Shown piece after piece: positions 48,893 to 57,088 of a stretch of DNA of 59,728 nt (position 1 is its first letter; each line of letters begins with the position of its first letter). The notes below the pieces were generated by a model that was given only the letters and a program-made list of their open reading frames with translations, did no database searches and had not been told where the DNA came from. Both the position numbers and the translations under genes were made by a program. The DNA is from a virus (lineage: Duplodnaviria > Caudoviricetes): positions 1 to 59,728 of the IMG/VR virus record IMGVR_UViG_3300009104_000024, one strand, 5' to 3'.

Positions 48893-50683
48893 ATGGAGAA
48901 AAGTATGCTAAGTCAAGAGCAACAGGAAAAAAATGATATAAGGAATCATATCAATCACAATCCTAAAACTAACAATCAAGCACACGGACAATACAAAATA
49001 ACTTGTCCTAATTGTCAGAGAGAAAGAACAAAGAACAAAGGTGACACACCTTTATCAGTTAATATAAATTCAGAGACTATTGTTTATCATTGTCATCATT
49101 GTGGCATTCAAGGAGCAATGTCTAAATCCCAGGGAGCAACAATGAAAGTAGTTAAAACAGAATCAAAACCAGTAAAAGAAATATCAGTTCCTCCAATAGA
49201 TAAGAAAGGAAAGGCTTCTCAATGGCTGAAAGATAGAGGAATTAGTGTAGAAGTAGCTGAAATGTCAGGTTGCACTCTAACAGAGAAAAATAAAAAACCA
49301 GTCATAGGATTTACATTTGAAAAAGATAGCAAAGCGATAGCAGTTAAGTGGAGAACTTGTAACGGAGAAAAAAGTTATTGGTGGGATAATTCCGCTTCTC
49401 GTCTATGGGGTCGTCAAGTTTACAATGACAGTTTACCTACAGTTGAATCAACAATAGTGATTACAGAAGGCGAATTAGATATGCTTGCAATCAAGGAAGC
49501 GTTTAAAGACCATGCCAACATAGATGTATATAGCGTTCCCAATGGAGCACCAAACAAGATAACAGAGAACAAGATAGACCCTTCTGAAGAAGGAAGATTT
49601 AAGTATATATGGGAAGATAGACACCTTTTTGAAGGAGTAGATAGGGTAGTTTTAGCTACAGATGACGATAAGAACGGAGAGATATTGGCTTCAGAGTTGT
49701 CCAGGAGACTCAATAAAGCTAGATGTTATATTGTTGATTATAAAGGGCATAAGGATGCGAATGAGTTATTAGTTGAGTCAGATGCAGAAACAGTCAGACA
49801 TCAGGTTTTAAATGCAGAGCCTGTTCCTCTTCACGGATTAAACAACATAGACTTTTATGCAGATGAATTTCAAAGTTTGTATGACCAAGGACACCCCAAA
49901 GGCATATCAACAGGGTTTGATTCAGTTGATAAGCTATTTTCTTTGCAAACAGGCTACTTAACTGTAGTTACAGGCTATCCTGGTGACGGAAAGAGTATAT
50001 TTTTAGACAATATTATTATAAATGCCTGTAAAAATTATGGTTGGAAGGCTACCTATTGCAGTTTTGAAAAACCTCCTACGCTTCATGCCGTTCAATTGGC
50101 TCAAATCATAACTTCTAAGCCATTTTTTTCTGGACTGAACCAAAGAATGACACAGGAAGAGAAAGACTATGCACAGAAATTTATAAACGACCATATACTT
50201 TTTCAAGACTATCAAGACGGAGGTATGCCTACGATAGAATCTATCTTAGAAAAGAATGCACAGAGTATTATGAGGACAGGTAGTAGAATACTTGTCATAG
50301 ACCCCTTTAACTTTGTTCAAACAAACGATAAGTATGCTTTAGAAACAGATATGGTTAGTGATATGCTTACGAAAGTTCAGCTTCATTGTAAGCAATATGA
50401 TTGTCTTTGTTTCTTTGTCGCACACCCCACGAAACCACAGATGCGTGACGGAAAAAAGAATATTGTCACAGGAGTTGATGTTGCAAAGTCTATGGCATTC
50501 TTCTCTAAATGTGACACAGGGTTGACAGTTTACAGAGGAGAAGGCACAGTAGATATACATTGTTGGAAAGCAAGGTGGCAATGGCAATCTTCTTTAGGAG
50601 TTGCTAGCTTAACTTTTAACCCTGTTAATAACAGATATGCAGAAGCACAACAAATCAAAGACGACTACGATTGGGAGTTCTGA
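48893..50683 (+). CDS. Primase-helicase (T7 gp4/Twinkle-like)
   Basis: CPNC..CHHC zinc finger, TOPRIM ITEGELD and DDDKNG, Walker A GYPGDGKS, LVIDP, VAHP. Confidence 0.92.
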   Translation: MEKSMLSQEQQEKNDIRNHINHNPKTNNQAHGQYKITCPNCQRERTKNKGDTPLSVNINSETIVYHCHHCGIQGAMSKSQGATMKVVKTESKPVKEISVPPIDKKGKASQWLKDRGISVEVAEMSGCTLTEKNKKPVIGFTFEKDSKAIAVKWRTCNGEKSYWWDNSASRLWGRQVYNDSLPTVESTIVITEGELDMLAIKEAFKDHANIDVYSVPNGAPNKITENKIDPSEEGRFKYIWEDRHLFEGVDRVVLATDDDKNGEILASELSRRLNKARCYIVDYKGHKDANELLVESDAETVRHQVLNAEPVPLHGLNNIDFYADEFQSLYDQGHPKGISTGFDSVDKLFSLQTGYLTVVTGYPGDGKSIFLDNIIINACKNYGWKATYCSFEKPPTLHAVQLAQIITSKPFFSGLNQRMTQEEKDYAQKFINDHILFQDYQDGGMPTIESILEKNAQSIMRTGSRILVIDPFNFVQTNDKYALETDMVSDMLTKVQLHCKQYDCLCFFVAHPTKPQMRDGKKNIVTGVDVAKSMAFFSKCDTGLTVYRGEGTVDIHCWKARWQWQSSLGVASLTFNPVNNRYAEAQQIKDDYDWEF

Positions 50684-51185
50684 TACACCAATTCATGTTA
50701 ATGATGTTGGCAGTCCACATCTGCACAAACATCACGAAGTAGTAATAAGAGTATTCAATAATACTAGAGTTGGCAGAGCAGTTGTTCTTGACCAACATTT
50801 AATAGATGTTTTGTTTCATAAAGATTTATTAGATACTAGACAACACAATGTCTGCGATAAGTATTTAGGAATAATTTCTAAATCAGGATGTTTTGCCCAA
50901 TCAAGTTCTGCCGTCAGCGAAAAAATATTTACGACTGGTAGCAGGAAAACAGGCACTATACCCCAAGCCTGTATTCTTCTTGGTGTGCAAAAGAACATAA
51001 AAAATATATGTGGAAATAAAAAAGAAGGTATTTTTTGGAAGTTGATGACTGAAAATCCAAATAGAATCAATCACTTAGAGTTAAGTGTAATTAAAGAATG
51101 TGCTGATGCACTTCTAACTTATTGGTATATCAGTCCTGAAAGTCCAGTTTCTTTGTTTCAGCAATCCCTGTTAAACCCTTCGTAA
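50637..51185 (+). CDS. Hypothetical protein
   Basis: 182-aa ORF overlapping helicase end. Confidence 0.6.
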   Translation: MQKHNKSKTTTIGSSDTPIHVNDVGSPHLHKHHEVVIRVFNNTRVGRAVVLDQHLIDVLFHKDLLDTRQHNVCDKYLGIISKSGCFAQSSSAVSEKIFTTGSRKTGTIPQACILLGVQKNIKNICGNKKEGIFWKLMTENPNRINHLELSVIKECADALLTYWYISPESPVSLFQQSLLNPS

Positions 51186-51453
51186 TAGGAGTAGTTTCAC
51201 TTGTAATACTGCCTGAATAAATCTCCTTACCTATCTGTTCAGACATATCTTCTTCTAATCCTACTGCTTCTTTTGACTCTTTCATAAGCCTGTTCACTTC
51301 AGAAATTTGTTGAAGCGACAAGCCTTTCTCTTCAGCCAGGGTATGTATCATATGAATAATCTGCTTGTTTAAAGAACGACTTTCTTTTTTTGCCAGTTCG
51401 TGTGCAAGGTCGTATGTTTCTTGCGAACATCTAATGAATAGACTTTTGCTCAT
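51130..51453 (-). CDS. Arc-like ribbon-helix-helix regulator
   Basis: LFIRCSQETYDLAHELAKKESRSLNKQI. Confidence 0.8.
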   Translation of the reverse strand: MSKSLFIRCSQETYDLAHELAKKESRSLNKQIIHMIHTLAEEKGLSLQQISEVNRLMKESKEAVGLEEDMSEQIGKEIYSGSITSETTPITKGLTGIAETKKLDFQD

Positions 51454-51766
51454 CTTTTATATCCTCGTTTAATTCATCTTCGTAAACTATCACAGGTGAT
51501 TCTTGCACCTCGGCAATAGCTACACTCTCTCGACCTACTTGATAGAACCTATCTTCTTCTAATTGACGTATGGCAGATTCTAATAGCCACTCGTTTGAGG
51601 TTATCAAAGGGTCATCTAATAATGAAATAGCAAAACTTAAAGCATCCATTTCGGTATCAAAAACCCAAACTAAATGAACCCACTTAGCACTACTCTCTTG
51701 TGAGAAAACATTCTTAGGGTCTGGAATATCTAATTGGTATGTGTGTCTTACTACTGCAAACATCAT
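51431..51766 (-). CDS. Hypothetical protein
   Basis: ORF with TATAAT just upstream of the start codons. Confidence 0.65.
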   Translation of the reverse strand: MMFAVVRHTYQLDIPDPKNVFSQESSAKWVHLVWVFDTEMDALSFAISLLDDPLITSNEWLLESAIRQLEEDRFYQVGRESVAIAEVQESPVIVYEDELNEDIKDEQKSIH

Positions 51767-51890
51767 TACATTATAGGCAAAATGCTATCAAATTGAAAGC
51801 CACATGAAAAATTCTCAGTAGCTCACATCCATACGGAAAAAAAATATTTATGCGACTGGTATTTTGAGCTACGCCAGTAAACTGCTTCTA

Positions 51891-51906
51891 CGTTTCATGT
51901 GAAACA
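51891..51906. promoter_or_regulatory. parS-like palindrome
   Basis: CGTTTCATGTGAAACA, 14/16 to TGTTTCACGTGAAACA. Confidence 0.7.
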
Positions 51907-51949
51907 TAGACTATCTTAAACGACTATCTTATACGATAAAAAAATGGAT

Positions 51950-51988
51950 AAAAAAAAGGGATGAGTTCTAGGAAAACCCACCCCTTTT
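51950..51988 (-). terminator. Intrinsic terminator
   Basis: AAAAGGGGUGGGUU/AACUCAUCCCUUUU stem with G-U pairs only on minus strand, then U tract. Confidence 0.75.
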
Positions 51989-52042
51989 AACATCTACTAA
52001 CTAGACATGGAGGTTATCTTGTTCTAAGTCTTAACAAGATAT
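51950..52042 (-). ncRNA. Candidate ~90-nt sRNA with anti-Shine-Dalgarno seed
   Basis: Promoter TTGCAT-17-TACAGT (52075-52047), 5' hairpin, AACCUCCAUG, terminator 51988-51950; no ORF. Confidence 0.6.
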
Positions 52043-52078
52043 AAATACTGTAATACTTTCGATTGCATAATGCAAGTG

Positions 52079-52110
52079 TTATCCACAAGTTATTCACACA
52101 GTTATCCACA
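52079..52110 (+). promoter_or_regulatory. Three head-to-tail DnaA boxes
   Basis: TTATCCACA 52079, TTATTCACA 52090, TTATCCACA 52102. Confidence 0.85.
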
Positions 52111-52160
52111 GGTTTTCCAGACTCATCCATAAAAATAAATATTCCTAGTTTTTTGCACGC

Positions 52161-52208
52161 CCACTATATCTTGTGTTGATTAGTTGAGAACACCACTAGA
52201 TATAGACG
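52161..52208. promoter_or_regulatory. Tandem NrdR boxes
   Basis: CCACTATATCTTGTGT (52161) and CCACTAGATATAGACG (52193) fit acaCwAtATaTwGtgt; 32-bp spacing. Confidence 0.75.
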
Positions 52209-52338
52209 GAGGACTTCCTGCGACTGGGAAAATATTTCCCTGGGAGCTACAACAGCTCATCAAAACGTAGCAGTAGGTTAGGTTTCAGATTTCCTACAGG
52301 TAATTTTATCTACCTGTAGTATTTGCTTTTTTCAGACC

Positions 52339-52381
52339 AAAAAAAAAGGCAACAACCACTTATTAAAGTAGTTATTGCCTT
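52339..52381 (-). terminator. Intrinsic terminator closing the leftward early operon
   Basis: 16-bp stem fully paired on minus strand plus U tract. Confidence 0.85.
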
Positions 52382-52426
52382 ATTTATTTTAAAGTTAATT
52401 GTTATGAACCCATTGATGAATTTTAT

Positions 52427-52732
52427 TCATATACGTTCCTCCCTTAATTCACACTCTTCTCTAGTACGAATAAAGGCTAGTCTCCTTGCCCTGGTCATTT
52501 CTATAGAATCCTTAGATTCAAACCTCTCAGGATAAAGTTTATCTAACCACCTTTCGACTACGAATATATTTTCGTTATAGAAACTTAGTAAATCAAAGAA
52601 TTCAGCAGACTTACTGCTTGGCTCACCTGATAATTCCTCAATATTAGTGCCTATAATTTTAGTGTAGATATTAGAGTTAATATCTATAAGAGCCTTCAAA
52701 GACTCCTCAAGAATTTCTTTACTCATCATCAT
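52427..52732 (-). CDS. Hypothetical protein
   Basis: AAGGAG RBS before ATG ATG ATG. Confidence 0.65.
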   Translation of the reverse strand: MMMSKEILEESLKALIDINSNIYTKIIGTNIEELSGEPSSKSAEFFDLLSFYNENIFVVERWLDKLYPERFESKDSIEMTRARRLAFIRTREECELREERI

Positions 52733-52973
52733 CACTCCTTGGAAATGCTTGTATGTCGTCAGGTTCAATATCACAACCTGATATACCAAATTCATGACAA
52801 AGTTCGTAATATGGGTCTCGACAAGTTGCAAAAATATCAGCTTGTCTTTCCCAGTCAAAATTTTCTTCTGCTACGTTTAAAGCCTCATTAAGTTCACTTG
52901 CCTCAACAACTTGTGTGAAGATAGCATTATCTTTGTTGGTTTTTATAACCAACCATTCTGTTTTATTACTCAT
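52719..52973 (-). CDS. Hypothetical acidic protein
   Basis: GGAGG RBS. Confidence 0.75.
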   Translation of the reverse strand: MSNKTEWLVIKTNKDNAIFTQVVEASELNEALNVAEENFDWERQADIFATCRDPYYELCHEFGISGCDIEPDDIQAFPRSDDDE

Positions 52974-53004
52974 AATTTTTCCTCCATTTTAAGTAATAGT
53001 TAGT

Positions 53005-53066
53005 AAAACTAATTTCGACCCTTTTGGGTCATCATCAGGGAAAATACACATTTTCCGATTAGTTTT
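53005..53066 (-). ncRNA. Type III hammerhead ribozyme (extra U after A9)
   Basis: AAAACUAAUC^GGAAAA-UGUGUA-UUUUCC-CUGAUGA-U-GACCC-AAAA-GGGUC-GAAA-UUAGUUUU. Confidence 0.88.
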
Positions 53067-53161
53067 TGTAAATTGAACCTCCACACTTCGTTTCTTAGAG
53101 CGAAACTGAAGGCAAGTTGACCTGGGATATCTCCCAAATCAACCTACCCTTAGAATCGTTT

Positions 53162-54412
53162 CTATGCTACGAGACTATTCTTATCCACATAAATAACTTC
53201 ACCAAAAGGTAAATTATTAGAATAAGAACTTTCCTCCGTAACGCACCATATAACAGGAACTTCAGGCTGAACGTCAGCATCAACCAATCCGAATCCGTCT
53301 GTAAAATAAACGAATGCTTTTACATCCTGGACTTCATCCGAATAATCATTGAAGAGATTAAAAGGAGGATTAAATTCTGTTCCTCCTCCTCCTCTAGCTT
53401 CAAGTTTTACCTCTTCGCCCTGGTCAAGTTCATACACATCCCACCATTCACCATTAGAATTTTTTCTTACGACTGTATCGCAATAACAAACTCTAATTTT
53501 TTCTAAACCACACGATTCAGCCATTGAAATAATTTCAGTAGTGAATATGTTTAGTTCGTCTTGGTCAATTGAACAAGATGTATCTATGGCTATAGCTAAC
53601 TCACCTCCCTGGGAAGATTTAACTTTACTAGGTAAATATAAATTTCTCCAGGTATGACGTTTATTAGGTCTCGCCCACGTTCTATCGTCAGCCATAGAAC
53701 TTGAAAGAAAATCGCTTAACAGTTCATGCCAGTTAAAATTGATTTCCTGTAATTCTTGCATTCTGCGACCTATCGCAGAGCCTGAATCACTTCCTATAGA
53801 TTTCTCCAGTTTGTCAGCTTTAGATACTGCATTCCTGATTTCAGTTTGAAGATCAGACAATTCTGAATCACCTAAAGGTTTTCCTTCTTCGTCTTGAGCC
53901 TGTATGACTTCACCTACTGGCACAGGAAGTTCATCCCATTCAGTAGAGGAAACGTCTATCCCCTCACCTTCATGTCCTGTAATATCATCTACAGTATCTT
54001 GTAAAGAATCATCATCTTCTGCCAAAATTTGATACACCTTTTCAGCAGTCATACCTCTATATTTATTATCAAGTAAACCACCTTCAGGTAATTTCATTCC
54101 TAAATCCCACCTAAGATAAGCATTAATTATATAGTCAGTTGCGTAATTCCATAGAACGTGATGCCTACTACTTCCTTTTCGCAAGGGATGTTCCCATATG
54201 ACGTGGCTAGCTTCGTGAACTAAGACTGCTTGTAATTCCTTAACAGAAATACTTTTGACAAAATCTTTATTCCAAAAAATTCTTTGTCCGTCAGTAGCTA
54301 ACGTATCAAAAGAAGCATCTTCAACCAGTTCTAAGTTGAGCAACATTGAAGCCATACCAATATTACCCTTCATTAGTTTTGCTCTAGCTTTTATAAGTTT
54401 TTGTTCAGTCAT
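53162..54412 (-). CDS. VWA domain protein with N-terminal metallopeptidase (DUF2201-like)
   Basis: ATDG, HEASH, WNYATD; MIDAS-like DTSCS, GGGGT, YFTDG; GGAGG RBS before ATG 54412. Confidence 0.88.
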   Translation of the reverse strand: MTEQKLIKARAKLMKGNIGMASMLLNLELVEDASFDTLATDGQRIFWNKDFVKSISVKELQAVLVHEASHVIWEHPLRKGSSRHHVLWNYATDYIINAYLRWDLGMKLPEGGLLDNKYRGMTAEKVYQILAEDDDSLQDTVDDITGHEGEGIDVSSTEWDELPVPVGEVIQAQDEEGKPLGDSELSDLQTEIRNAVSKADKLEKSIGSDSGSAIGRRMQELQEINFNWHELLSDFLSSSMADDRTWARPNKRHTWRNLYLPSKVKSSQGGELAIAIDTSCSIDQDELNIFTTEIISMAESCGLEKIRVCYCDTVVRKNSNGEWWDVYELDQGEEVKLEARGGGGTEFNPPFNLFNDYSDEVQDVKAFVYFTDGFGLVDADVQPEVPVIWCVTEESSYSNNLPFGEVIYVDKNSLVA

Positions 54413-55358
54413 CTTTACCTCCAAAAGCCTTATTAAAGAAACTTCCTTTAAGGTCTCCTACAGAACTTTCTAAATCATCTGCAACCTTCTTTCGTTTAGC
54501 TTCTCCCAATTCAGTTTCATCTCTAAGAGAATCATAAGAATTGATTGAGGCAAAAACAGAAACAAGACTTTGATGAGCATTAGATATGTCTGCATCATTC
54601 CCTAAAATGTCAGAGTTAATTGAGGGAAGCATATCAATAGACTGTTTTAATTTCTCAAAACTGGTCTTATGAAATGTTTCACCATTCTTTAACTTATCGA
54701 CAATATGATTTACTTGTTCAAGTAAAGCCTCAACAGTAACCTTAAAAACATTTCTTACATTGTTTGCAAGTCTGTTTTCAGTCTCTTGTTGAATGCTAGC
54801 TTTCATTTTGTCAGAGACATTTAAACGAATATCAGAAGATTTAGTTATGTCCTGAATTAGTTCTTTCTTAAAATCAAAAACAAATTTGCTTCTAAGTTTT
54901 TCAACGTCAGGATAATCTTCTTCATTAAATGCAGAGCCTAATTTTCTTTCAGCTACAGAAACAAAAGAATCATAATTTTCAAGAAAACTTTCTGCTTCCT
55001 CAAAAAAATCATCTTTAGCTTCTTGCATTTTCTCGTCTAGCAAATCTAATTGTGTACTTGGACACAATCTCCACCCACTAGTGCTAGTTGAATCAGAATC
55101 CGATTCACTATCGCTCCAGGGAACAGTTAAAGCATAATAGTATTCTCTACGAATCCTATTCGTTATACGTCTGAATATCTTATTAATATTCTCTCCGTAC
55201 ATATGCTTAGAAACGTGCAATGTTCTTTCATCTGCACCTACGTTACTTTCTAACCCTTCTCGTAAACTTTTATCTACCTTAATACCACTAGGATGTTTAA
55301 CAGTTAAACTAACCAGTAATGCTTGTTTAGATAAAAGGTTTTTATTATTTTTATTCAT
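54405..55358 (-). CDS. Helical hypothetical protein (DUF3150-like)
   Basis: GGAGG RBS; between ATPase and VWA genes; family call inferred. Confidence 0.6.
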   Translation of the reverse strand: MNKNNKNLLSKQALLVSLTVKHPSGIKVDKSLREGLESNVGADERTLHVSKHMYGENINKIFRRITNRIRREYYYALTVPWSDSESDSDSTSTSGWRLCPSTQLDLLDEKMQEAKDDFFEEAESFLENYDSFVSVAERKLGSAFNEEDYPDVEKLRSKFVFDFKKELIQDITKSSDIRLNVSDKMKASIQQETENRLANNVRNVFKVTVEALLEQVNHIVDKLKNGETFHKTSFEKLKQSIDMLPSINSDILGNDADISNAHQSLVSVFASINSYDSLRDETELGEAKRKKVADDLESSVGDLKGSFFNKAFGGKDD

Positions 55359-55385
55359 AAACCCTCCAGTCTATATTATTAATAA

Positions 55386-55448
55386 TCTGTTTCGCATGAC
55401 CCATAAATGAACAGGTCGCTCTTCAGTATGGTTAATTCCATATACAGA
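55386..55448 (-). ncRNA. Type III hammerhead ribozyme (canonical core)
   Basis: UCUGUA^UAUGG-AAUUAA-CCAUA-CUGAAGA-GCGACC...GGUC(AU)GC-GAAA-CAGA. Confidence 0.9.
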
Positions 55449-55475
55449 AAAAAACGGAGGGCATTTCTGCCCTCC
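55448..55475 (-). terminator. Intrinsic terminator abutting hammerhead
   Basis: GGAGGGCA-GAAA-UGCCCUCC-G-U7. Confidence 0.8.
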
Positions 55476-55481
55476 ATAATT

Positions 55482-56570
55482 TTATACCTCTAAGTCTTGA
55501 TGCTTAACTTTGAACTCATTGAAAGTTGTTGTTTCAACAAGTTCAGTTCTTGCATTGATTAGAGAACGAACAAAAAATACTTCGTATTCAGGAGTTGGAA
55601 ATTGCTCTATATATTTCAGAGCATTTTCAAAATAACTTTCAACCAAAGAATCGCTAACTTCTTTAATTACAGTTATCAGCGCAACGACTGTAGCAAAATA
55701 TATTCCGTTCTGTTTTTTCTTATCCTTAGCCTTTTCAGGAGAATCAATTTTCCCCTCACAAATTTTTTGCAAGTCAGGAACATCTTCTTTGAGTTGCAAG
55801 AAAGATGCAAATTCAATTGATGCAGTTTCGCCTACATTAATGTCTGCGAATTTCTGTATAAATGAATTTTCAGGATTAGTCTTTAAAGTGCTAGACAATC
55901 TTGTCCAGGAACGAGGGCAAGGCTGAGGAGCAATGACTTTAGGATCAAAAACATTCAACCAGTTAGGCTGATAATTTAAGAATCCTAAAATGTCAGGATG
56001 AACATCATTCTTGACTGCCCAATTGAACCAGTCGTTAGAATCGTGAACGAACTCAATCATTGCACACCTGGAATAGCAATGAGAAGGAATCTTATTAGAC
56101 CCCGCCCTATCGCTAGCCTTATTGGAAGCACAAACAATTACCCAATTACCTTTTCCATTTTCAGGAGTTGGTAATTCATAATCTCCTATTCTTTTCTCAT
56201 ACATAAGTTGAGATAGAACAGTTTGCATTGAATGGTGAGACTGCCCAAATTCATCCAGGAAAAGCATACCTTCTCCACTAACAGGAAGATTACCTAAAAA
56301 GGCTCTCTTCTGTTTGCCTTCCTCAATATAAGGAATGCCTGATAGGTCATAAGACTCATACAAACTACTTCTAAAATCTATCCAACCATATTCTTTTGCA
56401 GTTGGATTGACTTTATCTGTAACCACTTTTCTTCCTTCAGCCAAGATGTCTCGCACCTCTTCGACTATTGCAGACTTTCCAATACCAGTTCCTCCTAAAA
56501 GGAATGGCGTATTGTTAGCCTTTATTTCGCATTGCATCATATACAACGCTTCACTAGGTTTATATTTCAT
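55482..56570 (-). CDS. MoxR-like AAA+ ATPase
   Basis: GGTGIGKS Walker A, LFLDE Walker B, ASN sensor, PRSW. Confidence 0.9.
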   Translation of the reverse strand: MKYKPSEALYMMQCEIKANNTPFLLGGTGIGKSAIVEEVRDILAEGRKVVTDKVNPTAKEYGWIDFRSSLYESYDLSGIPYIEEGKQKRAFLGNLPVSGEGMLFLDEFGQSHHSMQTVLSQLMYEKRIGDYELPTPENGKGNWVIVCASNKASDRAGSNKIPSHCYSRCAMIEFVHDSNDWFNWAVKNDVHPDILGFLNYQPNWLNVFDPKVIAPQPCPRSWTRLSSTLKTNPENSFIQKFADINVGETASIEFASFLQLKEDVPDLQKICEGKIDSPEKAKDKKKQNGIYFATVVALITVIKEVSDSLVESYFENALKYIEQFPTPEYEVFFVRSLINARTELVETTTFNEFKVKHQDLEV

Positions 56571-56616
56571 TTTACCTCCATGAAATAATTATAGTTAAGT
56601 TAGCAGAAATGCTAAC

Positions 56617-56696
56617 ACCAATAGAAAACCTTTTTACAGGCTAGAGATACCTCTATTTAATTTCTTTCGTATTGTTTCAAATACTCTTCAGTTGGT
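56617..56696 (-). ncRNA. Type I hammerhead ribozyme with branched stem III
   Basis: ACCAA-CUGAAGA-GUAUU-UGAAAC-AAUAC-GAAA-GAAA...two hairpins...UUUCUA^UUGGU. Confidence 0.85.
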
Positions 56697-56718
56697 TTAA
56701 TAAACAATATTGAATGCC

Positions 56719-56922
56719 TTATTTAAAATGTAAAAAATTTCTCAACATTGCCCTGTTTCCCTCCCAATCTTCAAAATCCTCTAATTGAAATTCTTTTGCT
56801 ATGTCTAAAGCAGTCAACATTCTTTTGACCGAGGACTTGTTCCATTTTTTGTAATAATTTCTTTCAAGTGTAATTCTTACACCTGTGTCGATAATATCTT
56901 TTTCAATTAAATTTCTAGCCAT
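56719..56922 (-). CDS. Hypothetical protein
   Basis: AAGGAG RBS. Confidence 0.75.
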   Translation of the reverse strand: MARNLIEKDIIDTGVRITLERNYYKKWNKSSVKRMLTALDIAKEFQLEDFEDWEGNRAMLRNFLHFK

Positions 56923-56959
56923 TAGCCTTTCTCCTTATTAATATTTTTTTTTCGATAAT

Positions 56960-57014
56960 TAGTTTCTTGAACCCTATAATTAGGATTCTCTTCAGCACGT
57001 TAATTCGTGGACTA
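56960..57014 (-). ncRNA. Type III hammerhead ribozyme (AA insertion before G12)
   Basis: UAGUC^CACG-AAUUAA-CGUG-CUGAAGA-GAAUCCUA-AUUA-UAGGGUUC-AA-GAAA-CUA. Confidence 0.8.
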
Positions 57015-57088
57015 TCTTATTCAACGACTATCTCAAACAATTTTAAAAATAAAAAAAATAATAAAAAAAAATACAAAAAAAAAGAAAC

